From positions 512,001 to 576,000 of the forward strand of contig CAVSDR010000006.1 of NCBI GenBank assembly GCA_963726745.1: a stretch of DNA of 64,000 nt. Reading direction: 5' to 3'. Source of the DNA: an uncultured Verrucomicrobiae bacterium (lineage in GTDB: Bacteria; Verrucomicrobiota; Verrucomicrobiia; Chthoniobacterales; UBA10450). Below are positions 21,744 through 31,978 of this stretch, one piece after another. How positions within the stretch are numbered: position 1 is the stretch's first letter; each line of letters starts with the position of its first letter. The notes beneath the pieces are model-generated. The model was not told the origin of the DNA, ran no database searches, and worked only from the letters and a program-made list of their open reading frames with translations. Made by a program: the position numbers and the translations under genes.

Positions 21744-22607
21744 CTAGCGGGCGGCGTCGAGCAGATCGCTCAGGATTTCGCTCATGTGTCGGATCGGGAG
21801 CGAATAATGCCCCGCTTCCGGCACGATCCGCAGCCGGCACTTTGGGAAGCGCGCGGCCACTTCCTCCGCGAGGCGAAAGGAGAACGCGCGATCGTGCGTC
21901 CCGTGCCACAGGCGCACCGGCACGCGGATTTCCTCCAGCGGGAAACCCCACGGCTGCGCGTAGATTTCCGCATCCGCGAGCACGCCCGCGACCGAGGCGC
22001 GCCAGGCGCGGCGCGAACTCTCGAAGCAGGCATTGAAGGCCTCGCGATCGCGCAGGACTTCCGCCTCCAGCGGTTGCAGCGTTCGCAGCATCATCGGCTG
22101 CGGCCAGCGAATCGCCGCCAACGGCCCGGCAACGTGAAAAAAGGCGCGCAGCAAACGTGGCGAACGCGCCTGCAGCGCGAGCAACCAGCGATACAAGCGC
22201 AAGAGGCCGGCGCGATCCTTCAACTCCGCGATCGGCGGCGCGCCGCTCACCAGTGCGATCGCCTCGACCGCCTCCGGCATCGCCCAGGCGGTCGCGCAGG
22301 CGTAGGGCGCCCCGCCGGAAATAGCCAGCACGCTCAGCCGTTCAATCCCGAGATGATCCATCAGCGCGCGCACCAGCGGCGGCCAGCCGAGGAGCGTGCG
22401 CCCCGGCTCGAAAGACGACTCGCTGATCCCCGGCCGGTCCGGCGAGAGGATGCGCACTCCGAGCGCCTCGGCCGCTGCACTCGTTAGGCGGGCCATCCCC
22501 CGCGAGCTCGGCCAGCCGTGGCAAAAGAGCACCGGCCGTCCCGCGGGATCGCCAAACTCCTCCCACGCGAGCTCTCGGCCGTGCGCGAGTTGCAGCTTCA
22601 CCGGCAC
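21744..22607 (-). CDS. Alpha/beta fold hydrolase
   Basis: HGWPSS, DRPGISES, ISGGAPY nucleophile elbow, HGTHD, AGHY. Confidence 0.88.
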   Translation of the reverse strand: MPVKLQLAHGRELAWEEFGDPAGRPVLFCHGWPSSRGMARLTSAAAEALGVRILSPDRPGISESSFEPGRTLLGWPPLVRALMDHLGIERLSVLAISGGAPYACATAWAMPEAVEAIALVSGAPPIAELKDRAGLLRLYRWLLALQARSPRLLRAFFHVAGPLAAIRWPQPMMLRTLQPLEAEVLRDREAFNACFESSRRAWRASVAGVLADAEIYAQPWGFPLEEIRVPVRLWHGTHDRAFSFRLAEEVAARFPKCRLRIVPEAGHYSLPIRHMSEILSDLLDAAR

Positions 22608-22708
22608 AGACTAAGGCCGCGTCAGAAAAGTTGCGCCCGCCGAATGCGGGTCGAAGTTTTCCGGACAAGGAGGCGAACAGGCTGCATCCCTGTTTCGTAA
22701 TAGTTGAT

Positions 22709-23095
22709 ATGAACGAGCAATCGCATTCGGATCTCGGGAGAATTTCGGTCCACGGCAATGGCATGGGCGCACCCACGCCGGAGATGGTCGAAAAGCGCGC
22801 GCGTGAGATCGCTTTGATCAACGAGCGCAAACCCGACGAATACACCGACGGCGATTGGGACCAGGCCCGCCTCGAGCTTCTCGGGCGCGCGCCCGCGGAG
22901 GACGCCGACGAATTAGCCGACCACTTGAGCGAGCGCGACGAGCAGCTCGGCGAGCACGGCCATCGCGCTCCGCGCAACGGCGGTTACGAGGACGAGGAAT
23001 CCATCGGCGAACAGCTCGTGAGCGATGGCGTCGAAGAAGCCGAGCACGACCAGATGGTCGAAGCCGCGCGCGAAGACCAGGAACAGGAAGGCTGA
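22709..23095 (+). CDS. Acidic hypothetical protein
   Basis: Fills the intergenic gap, very acidic; VEKRAREIA...DWDQARLEL is reminiscent of DUF2934. Confidence 0.65.
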   Translation: MNEQSHSDLGRISVHGNGMGAPTPEMVEKRAREIALINERKPDEYTDGDWDQARLELLGRAPAEDADELADHLSERDEQLGEHGHRAPRNGGYEDEESIGEQLVSDGVEEAEHDQMVEAAREDQEQEG

Positions 23096-23116
23096 TTCCG
23101 CTTGAGTGTTTCCCCC

Positions 23117-24421
23117 ATGGCGATGGCGCCCGCATCGGGCAAAAGCGAGCGCACGCTTGCTGCTCGCCGTGGAGACTTGATCGCGCGCTTCCGCGGCGTT
23201 CGCGATTTTTCCACGCGGCTCACACGCGGGCTGCAGCCGGAGGATTGCGTGGTGCAATCGATGCCCGACGCCAGCCCCACGAAGTGGCACCTGGCGCACA
23301 CCAGCTGGTTCTTCGAGACCTTCGTTCTCAAGACTTGGGCGCCCGACTACCGCTCGCTCGTCCCGGAGTATGCCTTCCTTTTTAATTCCTACTACAATGC
23401 CGCCGGCTCGATGCATCGGCGCGATCTGCGCGGGTTGATCTCGCGCCCGACCCTCGGCGAAACGCGCGAGTTTCGCGCCTCGATCGACGCCGCGGTAGTG
23501 CAGCTCTTGGAACAGGCGGACGAGGCTTTGCTCGCGGAAATCGAGCCCGTGCTTGTGCTGGGCTTTCACCACGAGCAGCAGCACCAGGAACTTCTCCTGA
23601 CCGACATCAAGCACGCCTTCGCGCAAAATCCGCTGCATCCGGTCTTCGAGGAAAGTGCGCAGGGACCGAAAGCGACGCCGGTGCCGCCGCTCCAGTTCGT
23701 CACCTTCGAGGAAGCGACCGTGCTCATCGGCCATCACGGCTCAGACTTTTCCTACGATAACGAAGGCCCGCGGCATCGTGCTTTAGTCGGCGCCTTCTCG
23801 CTCGCGACCCGCCCGATCACGAATGGCGAATGGATCGAATTCATCGAGGCGGGCGGCTACGAACGGCCGGAACTTTGGCTCTCGTTAGGCTGGACCACCG
23901 TGGGCGAGCAGCGCTGGGAGGCGCCGCTCTATTGGGAAAAACGCGACGGCGCGTGGTGGAATTTCACCCTCTCCGGCTTCCGCCCGGTCGCGCCGAACGA
24001 ACCCGTGACCCACATCAGTTATTTCGAAGCGGACGCCTTTGCGAACTGGCAAGGCGCGCGGCTCCCGACCGAATTTGAATGGGAACGCGCCGCGGCTGAG
24101 TTGGAAATAGCCGGCAACTTCGTCAACGGGCATCGCTTCCACCCCGCCCCGGTTTCGCCGGACGAAAACGGGGAGTTGCGGCAGATGTTTGGCGACGTTT
24201 GGGAGTGGACGCGCAGCGCCTACCTCCCCTACCCCGGCTACCGCGCCGCGCCCGGCGCGCTCGGCGAATACAACGGCAAATTCATGATGAACCAGATGGT
24301 CTTGCGCGGCGGTTCCTGCGCCACCTCGCGGGATCACCTCCGCGCGACCTATCGCAATTTCTTCCAACCGGAAAAACGCTGGCAATTCACCGGCCTGCGC
24401 CTCGCGCGCGACTTGCAATGA
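23117..24421 (+). CDS. egtB: Ergothioneine biosynthesis sulfoxide synthase EgtB (type II-like)
   Basis: QSMPDASPTKWHLAHT, FNSYY, HEQQHQE iron motif, FGE-sulfatase domain (DVWEWT, EYNGKFM, YRNFF). Confidence 0.93.
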   Translation: MAMAPASGKSERTLAARRGDLIARFRGVRDFSTRLTRGLQPEDCVVQSMPDASPTKWHLAHTSWFFETFVLKTWAPDYRSLVPEYAFLFNSYYNAAGSMHRRDLRGLISRPTLGETREFRASIDAAVVQLLEQADEALLAEIEPVLVLGFHHEQQHQELLLTDIKHAFAQNPLHPVFEESAQGPKATPVPPLQFVTFEEATVLIGHHGSDFSYDNEGPRHRALVGAFSLATRPITNGEWIEFIEAGGYERPELWLSLGWTTVGEQRWEAPLYWEKRDGAWWNFTLSGFRPVAPNEPVTHISYFEADAFANWQGARLPTEFEWERAAAELEIAGNFVNGHRFHPAPVSPDENGELRQMFGDVWEWTRSAYLPYPGYRAAPGALGEYNGKFMMNQMVLRGGSCATSRDHLRATYRNFFQPEKRWQFTGLRLARDLQ

Positions 24422-25392
24422 AGGCCGCCCATGGCCCCGCCGTGCTCGATCTGGAGCCGGCTTCCTCGGACTTTCTCGCCCAGGCGTTGGCTGGCCTTTC
24501 GGCCTCGCCGCGCACCCTGCCCTCGAAATTTTTCTACGATGAGCGCGGCTCGGATCTCTTCCTGGAAATTTGCGAACTGCCTGAGTATTACGTCACCCGC
24601 ACGGAGTTCGAAATCTTGCGCGCGCATGGCGCCGAGATGGCCGCATCCATCGGTGCAAATGCGGAGCTCGTCGGCTTCGGCACTGGCGCGGGCGCGAAGA
24701 CCCGGCTGCTGCTCGACTACCTGGAAAACCCGATCGCCTACCTGCCGGTCGATATCTCCAAGCAGCGCCTGACCGATTCTGCCGAGGAACTCAGCCGGGC
24801 GATGCCCGAGCTGGAGATTTTGCCCGTCTGCGCAGATTACCTGCAGCCGATTCAATTGCCGACGCCTTCGCGCGAGCCGGAGCATATCGCCGTCTATTTT
24901 CCCGGCTCGACCATTGGCAACCTCGAGCCGGAAGTCGCACGGGATTTTCTGCGGCGCGTTTGCCGGCTTTGCGGCCACAGCGGCGGCTTGATCATCGGGG
25001 TGGACTTGCAGAAGCCGCTCGAGATTCTCCTGCCGGCCTACAACGATGCCGCGGGCGTGACTGCGGCCTTCAATCTCAATCTGCTCGTTAGGGCAAATCG
25101 CGAACTCGGAGCCGATTTCGAGTTATCGCAATGGGAACATCGCGCGGTCTATCAGGCCGAGCTGGGCCGCATCGAAATGCATCTGGTCAGCCGTGTTGCG
25201 CAGTCGGTTCACCTCGGCGGACGCAGCTTCGAATTTCGCTGCAGGGCGAATTCATCATCACCGAGTATTCGCACAAATACACCGTCGAAGGCTTTGCAGC
25301 CGCTCGCTGCCACCGCCGGCTTCCGCCTCTCGCGCACCTGGACCGATCCGCAGAAGCTCTTCGCGGTTTTCCACTTTGTGACTTGCGATTGA
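24418..25392 (+). CDS. egtD: L-histidine N-alpha-trimethyltransferase EgtD (compensating indels about 25237-25295)
   Basis: [63 protein letters not shown] lies in an alternate frame; ATGA overlap with egtB. Confidence 0.93.
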   Translation: MKAAHGPAVLDLEPASSDFLAQALAGLSASPRTLPSKFFYDERGSDLFLEICELPEYYVTRTEFEILRAHGAEMAASIGANAELVGFGTGAGAKTRLLLDYLENPIAYLPVDISKQRLTDSAEELSRAMPELEILPVCADYLQPIQLPTPSREPEHIAVYFPGSTIGNLEPEVARDFLRRVCRLCGHSGGLIIGVDLQKPLEILLPAYNDAAGVTAAFNLNLLVRANRELGADFELSQWEHRAVYQAELGRIEMHLVSRVAQSVHLGGRSFEFRCRANSSSPSIRTNTPSKALQPLAATAGFRLSRTWTDPQKLFAVFHFVTCD

Positions 25393-26118
25393 GCGCGCTG
25401 GTTCAGCTCCGCGGCGTCAGCAAAACTTACGGCCCGCACACCGCGCTGCACCCCACCGACCTCAGCTTCGAGCGCGGCCTCACGACCGTGCTCCTCGGGC
25501 CAAGCGGCTGTGGCAAGTCGACCCTCCTGCGCCTGGTCATTCGTCTGCTCGTGCCGGACGGCGGCACCATACAATTTGACGGCGAAACAGTCACCGCCGA
25601 GAGCGTGCGCGCGTTCCGCCATCGCACCGGCTACGTCATCCAGGATGGCGGGCTTTTCCCGCACCTGACCGCGCGCGATAATATTCTCCTGCTCGCGCGC
25701 CACTTGAAAAAATCGCCGGCGCTCGAAGAACTCTGCGCGCTTACGCGCTTCCCGGCAGACGCCCTCGGGCGCTACCCCGCGGAGCTCTCCGGTGGCCAAC
25801 GGCAGCGCGTGGGCCTGATGCGAGCGCTCGTGCTCTCGCCCGAATTGCTCCTGCTCGACGAGCCGCTGGGCGCGCTCGATCCACTCGTTAGGGCGTCGCT
25901 CCAAGCAGGACCTGCGGGAGATTTTCCAGCGGCTCCGGCAGACCACCATCTTGGTCACGCACGATCTCGCCGAGGCCGCTTATCTGGGCGACCAGATTGT
26001 GCTGATGAATGAAGGCCGCGTGGTCCAGCAAGGCACCTTCGCTGAACTGCGGGACCAGCCGGCGAGTTCCTTTGTGACCGACTTCATCAACGCACAGCGC
26101 CGCGTGTTGCTCGCATGA
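25389..26118 (+). CDS. ABC transporter ATP-binding subunit, osmoprotectant/ergothioneine (OpuCA/EgtV-like); apparent frameshift about 25905
   Basis: [45 protein letters not shown] in the second frame; TTGA overlap with egtD. Confidence 0.88.
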
Positions 26119-27561
26119 AGGCGCTGCTTGTTTTCCTCCTCGCGGCCACGCCATCGGCGCAAACCATCACCGTTGGTTCGAAAAAATTTACCGAGTCCTA
26201 TGTGCTGGCCGAGATCGCGCAGCGCTCGTTAGGCGATGCGGGACTGGCCACGGAACACCGGCAAGGAATGGGCGGAACAATCATCCTCTGGCAGGCGCTG
26301 CGCAGTGGGCAAATCGATGTCTATCCGGAATACACCGGGACGATTGCGGAGGAAATTCTCCGGCGCGGCGGGCCGGTTTCGACGGAGGACCTGCGTGCCG
26401 CCCTGGCGCCGGAAGGCGTGGCGATGTCGCCCGAGCTCGGTTTCAACAACACCTATGCGCTGGTCATGCGCCGGGAAACCGCGGCCGCCAAAGGCATCCA
26501 CACCCTCAGCGACCTGCGCGCCCATCCGGAACTGGTCTTCGGTCTCACGCATGAATTCATCGAGCGCCGCGACGGCTGGCGGCCCCTGGCGGAGCGTTAC
26601 GGTTTCGCCGCGCGCGAGCTGCGCGGGATCGACCATGGGCTCGGCTACGCTGCGCTGCGGAACGGCTCGATTGACGTGAAGGACGCCTATTCCACGGATG
26701 CGAAAATTGCCGAAAACGATCTCGTGGCACTGGAGGACGACCTCCACTTTTTTCCGCAATACCAGGCGGTGTTCCTTTATCGGGCTGCGCTGCCGGCTGC
26801 GGCGCGCGCAGCCCTGGAAAAATTAGCCGGCACTTTGGACGAGCCGCGCATGATCCGGCTGAACGCCGAGGCCGAGCGCACGAAAAATTACGCGCGCGCC
26901 GCCGCGCTTTACTTTGGCAGCAACGACAAATTCGTTGCCGCCGGGCTCGCGGCCCAAGATCGCCCGCTGGACCGTGCGTCATCTCGAGCTGGCTGGCACG
27001 GCGCTGCTGCTCTCCATCGCCCTCGGCTTGCCGCTGGGCATCTGGGCCAGCCGCGGCGGTGCGGCCGGGCACGTGATTCTGTCCGTGACCAGCGCGGTGC
27101 AAACCATCCCGTCGCTCGCGCTCCTGGCGCTCCTCGTGCCGGTGCCGTTCTTCGGGATCAGCGCGCGCACCGCGATCGCCGCGCTCTTCCTTTACGGGCT
27201 GCTCCCGATCGTGCGCAACACCGCCAGCGGGCTGCAGGACATCGCGCCCGGCCTCCGCGAATCCGCCCGCGCCCTTGGCCTAACGAGCGGCGCGCGCCTC
27301 CGGCAAGTCTACCTGCCGCTGGCTTCGCGGACGATTTTAGCCGGCATCAAGACCAGTGCCGTGATCAACATCGGCACGGCCACACTCGCGGCCCTGATCG
27401 GCGCCGGCGGCCTGGGCGAGCCGATCATCAGCGGGCTGAACTTGAACGATCACGCCACCATCCTGCAGGGTGCGATCCCGGCTGCGGTGCTCGCGCTTCT
27501 GGTGCAGTGGTCGTTCGACTTGCTCGACCGCTTTTTGATTCCGCGGGGCCTGCGCTTATAG
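26115..27561 (+). CDS. Fused substrate-binding protein + permease of a betaine/ergothioneine-type ABC importer; apparent frameshift about 26940
   Basis: VGSKKFTES, YPEYTGT, GFNNTYAL, YSTDA, FFPQY (OpuAC-type SBP); QTIPSLAL, ESARALG, GAGGLG (permease) in ORF 26914..27561. Confidence 0.85.
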
Positions 27562-27567
27562 GAAATC

Positions 27568-28932
27568 ATGGCAATCGCCTCGATCAACCCGGCGACCGGG
27601 GAAACGCTGCGCAAGTTTGACTCGTTAGACGAGGACGCGATCGAGGAAAAGTTGGCCCGGGCAGCGGCCGCGTTTGCGGAACATCGACGGACCACCTTTG
27701 CCGCGCGCACCAAGGCAATGCACGCGGCTGCGGAGCTGATGGAAACGGAAAGCGATTCCTACGCGCGCACGATCACGCTCGAAATGGGCAAGCCGATCGC
27801 GGCCGCGCGCGCCGAGGTCGAGAAATGCGCCAGCGCCTGCCGCTACTACGCGACTCACGCGGAGGACTTCCTGCGGCCGAAAGAGCAGCTCGCGGTCACC
27901 GGCCGGAATTACGTGCGCTGCGATCCACTCGGCCCGGTGCTCGCGATCATGCCGTGGAATTTTCCCTTCTGGCAGGTGGTGCGATTTGCCGCGCCGGCGC
28001 TCATGGCCGGCAACGTCGGCCTCTTGAAACACGCCGCGAATGTTCCGCAATGCGCGCTCGCCCTGGAGGAGATCTTCCGGCGCGCCGGCTTCCACCGGGA
28101 CGCTTTCCAAGCGCTCCTGATCGAGTCCGACCAGACGGCCGCGGTGATCGACGATCCGCGGGTCAAGGCGGTCACGCTCACCGGCAGCGAGCGCGCCGGC
28201 GCGGCGGTGGCGAGTCGCGCGGCGCGCCAGCTCAAGAAGAGCGTGCTCGAGCTCGGCGGGAGCGATCCCTTCGTGGTTATGCCGAGCGCCGACCTGGAAA
28301 AGGCCGCCGCGATCGGGGTGAAATCGCGCACGGTCAACAGCGGGCAATCGTGCATCGCGGCCAAGCGTTTCATCGTCGCGGAAGCAATCTACGGGCGCTA
28401 CGTCGAGCAGTTCGTGGCGCAAATGCGGGCGCTAAAAACCGGCGACCCGATGGAGGAAACGACCGAGCTCGGGCCGCTGGCCACGGAGGAAATCCGCGAG
28501 GGCGTGCACGAGCAGGTGCAAAAAACGATCGAGGCCGGGGCGAAGCTCTTGTTAGGCGGCCGGAAGCTGGAAGGTGCTGGCTATTTTTATGCGCCCACCG
28601 TCCTGGTCGATGTGCCGCCCGATTCGCCCGCGGCGCGCGATGAAATCTTCGGCCCGGTGGCGGCTTTCTTTCGCGTGGCGAACCTGGAGGAAGCGATCGC
28701 GCGCGCGAACGACACGCCCTTCGGGCTCGGGGCGAACGCCTGGACAAATGACCCCGCGGAGCAGGAGCGTTTCGCGGTCGAACTGGAGGCCGGCCTGGTT
28801 TTCATCAATGGGATGGTCGCATCGCAACCGCACCTGCCGTTTGGCGGGGTGAAGCGTTCCGGCTTTGGGCGGGAGCTCGGGAGCGAAGGGATTCGCGAGT
28901 TTGTGAATGTGAAGACGGTCGTCGTAGCCTAA
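27568..28932 (+). CDS. NAD(P)-dependent succinate-semialdehyde dehydrogenase-like aldehyde dehydrogenase
   Basis: [59 protein letters not shown]. Confidence 0.9.
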   Translation: MAIASINPATGETLRKFDSLDEDAIEEKLARAAAAFAEHRRTTFAARTKAMHAAAELMETESDSYARTITLEMGKPIAAARAEVEKCASACRYYATHAEDFLRPKEQLAVTGRNYVRCDPLGPVLAIMPWNFPFWQVVRFAAPALMAGNVGLLKHAANVPQCALALEEIFRRAGFHRDAFQALLIESDQTAAVIDDPRVKAVTLTGSERAGAAVASRAARQLKKSVLELGGSDPFVVMPSADLEKAAAIGVKSRTVNSGQSCIAAKRFIVAEAIYGRYVEQFVAQMRALKTGDPMEETTELGPLATEEIREGVHEQVQKTIEAGAKLLLGGRKLEGAGYFYAPTVLVDVPPDSPAARDEIFGPVAAFFRVANLEEAIARANDTPFGLGANAWTNDPAEQERFAVELEAGLVFINGMVASQPHLPFGGVKRSGFGRELGSEGIREFVNVKTVVVA

Positions 28933-28939
28933 CGACCTC

Positions 28940-29515
28940 TTAGCCGGTGCGGAACTGGTCGTCCTTTTCCTTGAAGAGCACGTTGAAGGTGGTGAGCGAG
29001 CCGTAGCAGCGGGTGATGTATTGCTGCAGGTCGAACTTGTCGGCGTCGCTCAGTTTCTCGTTCGCGTTTACCTTCTGCTCGAGCACCCGGAGGTTGTTCC
29101 GGATCATGACGATCTTGTGGAAGAAGGTCTCCAGCGGGACTTCTTTCGGCTGCAAAGAGGAGTCGGCCGCTTGGAGGACGAGCGTGCCGCGCTGCCAGCG
29201 ATTAGCCAGCCCCTCGACGCTCTCGCTTTTCTCCAGGCCGAGCGCGGCCACGATGCTTTCCGCGGTCTGGCGAATGAGCGACTCCAGCGGCACCTGCAGC
29301 TCGCTCAAGGTCGCGGTCGGTTCCGCGGAAACCAGGTCGCTCGATTCCGGGGCGATGGTGCGCGGCGCGTCGTCGAAGGCGATTTCCGCGGTGTGCTCGG
29401 TGAGCGCGCGGACCTTGCCGACGCCGTAGCGCGGGTGCTGCACTTTCATTCCGATGCGGAGAGCGTCGATCGACAACATACCGACATGCTCCGGGCGCGT
29501 GCGCCTTCTTGGCAA
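28940..29515 (-). CDS. Conserved hypothetical protein with N-terminal Tudor/CarD-like motif
   Basis: GMKVQHPRYGVGKV; helical C-terminus FFHKIVMIRNNLRVLEQ...YITRCYGSLTTFN. Start uncertain. Confidence 0.7.
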   Translation of the reverse strand: MPRRRTRPEHVGMLSIDALRIGMKVQHPRYGVGKVRALTEHTAEIAFDDAPRTIAPESSDLVSAEPTATLSELQVPLESLIRQTAESIVAALGLEKSESVEGLANRWQRGTLVLQAADSSLQPKEVPLETFFHKIVMIRNNLRVLEQKVNANEKLSDADKFDLQQYITRCYGSLTTFNVLFKEKDDQFRTG

Positions 29516-29530
29516 GATACAATTCGCTGG

Positions 29531-30469
29531 CTATTTCCCTGGCCGGGGCGCGCCCTTTTGCAGGCGGTCGAGCACCGGGAAGAGTTGCTCCAAACTCTCG
29601 ACGTGGATGGCGTCGATCTCTTTCAGCAGGTCGGCGTAGCCATTGGCTGACCGGCCCCCGATGAGCAACGGGATGTCTGCCGGCAGAAGCGCACGCAGCT
29701 TCCGCAGATCGCTCCGCAGAACTTTGTCATCCGGCGGAAAGACCAGGCTCAAGCCGAGCGCGGTCGGCTTCAATTCGCGCAGCGCCCCGACGATCTCCTG
29801 CACCGGCAAAGCCACGCCCAGGTAAGTCGTGCGCCAGCCGTGGCTGCGCGCCGCGGCCGCGGCGAGAATCGCACCGAGCTCGTGGAATTGCCCCGGAGGC
29901 GTGGCCAGCAGGAGATGCCCCGCGGTGTTTTCGGGCGAAAAGGGACGCGCAAAAGTGGCGAGAAATTCCGCGATGCAACTCGTGGCGAAATGCTCGTGCG
30001 CGATGGTCAGCTCCGCCGAGCGCCAGAGCTCGCCGATTCGCTCGGTCAACGGGGCGATGAATTTTTGCAGGACCGCCGGCGAACCGAGCTCGACGGCGGC
30101 GCGTTCGAGCAACCGGGGAAAATTGTGCGCGTCGAAGGTGCGCACCATCTCAATCGATTGCTCGATCAAAGGCCCGATCGCGCCGGCCGGGGAATGTCTC
30201 CGCCGCCCGATCGCGGGTCGGCCAGCTTCGCGCGCGAGCCGCTGAAGCTCCTCCAGTGGCTCGCGCGCAATCCGACTGATGCCGTGGCCGGCCTCGGTCA
30301 GCTGGCGCAGGAGCGAGAGCCGCTCGACGTCTTCCTCGGTGTAAAGGCGCCGGTTATTCTCCGCGCGCACCGGCTGGATCGCGCCATAGCGCTTCTCCCA
30401 AACGCGGATGGTGTGGATGGAGAGACCGGTATGCCTCGACACAAAAGTGATGGTGCGGACCGGTTTCAT
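29531..30469 (-). CDS. MerR-family regulator with cobalamin-binding domain (CarH/LitR-like)
   Basis: HTIRVWEKRYG...RRLY MerR HTH; W-x9-EH (WRSAELTIAHEH); QxHxxG; YLG. Confidence 0.88.
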   Translation of the reverse strand: MKPVRTITFVSRHTGLSIHTIRVWEKRYGAIQPVRAENNRRLYTEEDVERLSLLRQLTEAGHGISRIAREPLEELQRLAREAGRPAIGRRRHSPAGAIGPLIEQSIEMVRTFDAHNFPRLLERAAVELGSPAVLQKFIAPLTERIGELWRSAELTIAHEHFATSCIAEFLATFARPFSPENTAGHLLLATPPGQFHELGAILAAAAARSHGWRTTYLGVALPVQEIVGALRELKPTALGLSLVFPPDDKVLRSDLRKLRALLPADIPLLIGGRSANGYADLLKEIDAIHVESLEQLFPVLDRLQKGAPRPGK

Positions 30470-30608
30470 CTCGGGAACGAAACGCCGAGAAAACGCGAAC
30501 GGATGCAAAAGCGGAAGGAGATAGTGCCCTCTGGGCGATGAAATTATGCGCGCCGGACGGTTTTTGATGTTGTCTCGTTTGCCGCCCTCCACGCATGCTC
30601 GCCGCGCC

Positions 30609-31976
30609 ATGGCAGCAGACGTTGTTCGACATTATCCGCCCGGCTTCCGCCCGCGCCGGGGACTGAACTGGGTCATCCTCGGGCTCATGTATGCCTCCTA
30701 TTACATGTGCCGTTACAACTTCCGCTTTGCCACGCCCGGCATGGTCGAGGAGTTCGGCTTCAATAACTTCCAGATCACCGGCATCCTCGCCTGGTGGTCG
30801 GTGGCCTACGGCACCGGGCAACTGGTTAACGGCCTCCTGTGCGATCGCATTGGCGGCAAAGCTTCGATGCTTATCGGCGCGGCGGGCACGATCGCGGTCA
30901 ACCTCGCTTTCGGCTTCGCTTCTTTTGCCGGCACCTTCAGCACCTTCGCGCTGATTTGGCTAATGAACGGTTACTTCCAGTCCTTCGGGGCGCCCGGGAT
31001 GGTGAAGATCAATGCCGCCTGGTTTAATCGCGACGAGCGCGGGACTTTTGCCGGCATCTTCGGGCTCATGATTCAGCTCGGGCAGGTCGCGATCAATCGC
31101 CTCGCGCCGATCATTCTCGCCGGCTTCACCATCGGCACGCTCGTGGTCGCGAAAGGCGACTGGCATTACCTCTTCCGCATTCCGCCGCTGGTCACCGCGG
31201 TCATGGCCGTGCTGGTGGCCTTCGTGCCCAAGGAGACGCCAGAGGAGGCAGGCTATCCGGGGTTGATCGAAGGCAGCAGCGAAGACACCGGCACGCGCGT
31301 GAGTTTGCGCGAATCTTTTGTGACCATCTTCACGCATCCGCTGGTCTGGTTTTACGCCGCGGCCTATGCCTGCACCGGCGCGGTGCGGCATAGCTCGGAT
31401 CAACTCTCGGTCCTCTTCTTCACGAAATATCTCCTGCTCGACCTCTCGACCAAACCCGTCTCGGTCGAGCGCACGTTCCTGATCGTGCCGCTCATCGCGG
31501 TCCTCGGGTCGTTCCTTTCCGGCGTGATTTCCGACAAGCTCTTTAAGGGTCACCGCTCGCCCGTGGCGATGCAGCTCTACTTCCTGCTCGCGCTCATCTG
31601 CGCCGCGGCTGCGACCATGATGTGGATCGGCTGGCTCGCGCCCGGCGGGATGGGCGTGTTCCTCAGCTGCCTCTTCCTCATCCTGGTGTCGTTCACCGTG
31701 AACGCGACCCACTCGCTCGTGGGCACGGCCGCGCCGATGGACATCGGCGGCCGGAAAATGGCCGGCTTTGCCTCCGGCGTGATCGATTCCTTCCAATACT
31801 ACGGCGCCGCCGTGACCCTGCCGCTGACCGGCTACCTGATCGATAAATACGGCTGGAACATGTGGTATCCGGTGATGGTCGTCTTCGGCCTGCTCGGCGG
31901 CACCGCGATGCTGCTGGTCATGCGGAAGCAGCGGCTAATGCACGCCGTCGGCGATCCTCGAGCAATCTCGCAGTAA
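30609..31976 (+). CDS. MFS transporter, organophosphate:Pi antiporter (GlpT/UhpC-like)
   Basis: YASYYMCRYNF, GQLVNGLLCDRIG, NGYFQSFG, WFNRDERGT; about 12 TM segments. Confidence 0.85.
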   Translation: MAADVVRHYPPGFRPRRGLNWVILGLMYASYYMCRYNFRFATPGMVEEFGFNNFQITGILAWWSVAYGTGQLVNGLLCDRIGGKASMLIGAAGTIAVNLAFGFASFAGTFSTFALIWLMNGYFQSFGAPGMVKINAAWFNRDERGTFAGIFGLMIQLGQVAINRLAPIILAGFTIGTLVVAKGDWHYLFRIPPLVTAVMAVLVAFVPKETPEEAGYPGLIEGSSEDTGTRVSLRESFVTIFTHPLVWFYAAAYACTGAVRHSSDQLSVLFFTKYLLLDLSTKPVSVERTFLIVPLIAVLGSFLSGVISDKLFKGHRSPVAMQLYFLLALICAAAATMMWIGWLAPGGMGVFLSCLFLILVSFTVNATHSLVGTAAPMDIGGRKMAGFASGVIDSFQYYGAAVTLPLTGYLIDKYGWNMWYPVMVVFGLLGGTAMLLVMRKQRLMHAVGDPRAISQ

Positions 31977-31978
31977 CG

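Noticed and set aside
23117..25392. Selenoneine (senABC) or ovothiol cluster
   Set aside because: No SenB glycosyltransferase or SelD nearby, no C-terminal methyltransferase on the sulfoxide synthase, and egtD is adjacent.
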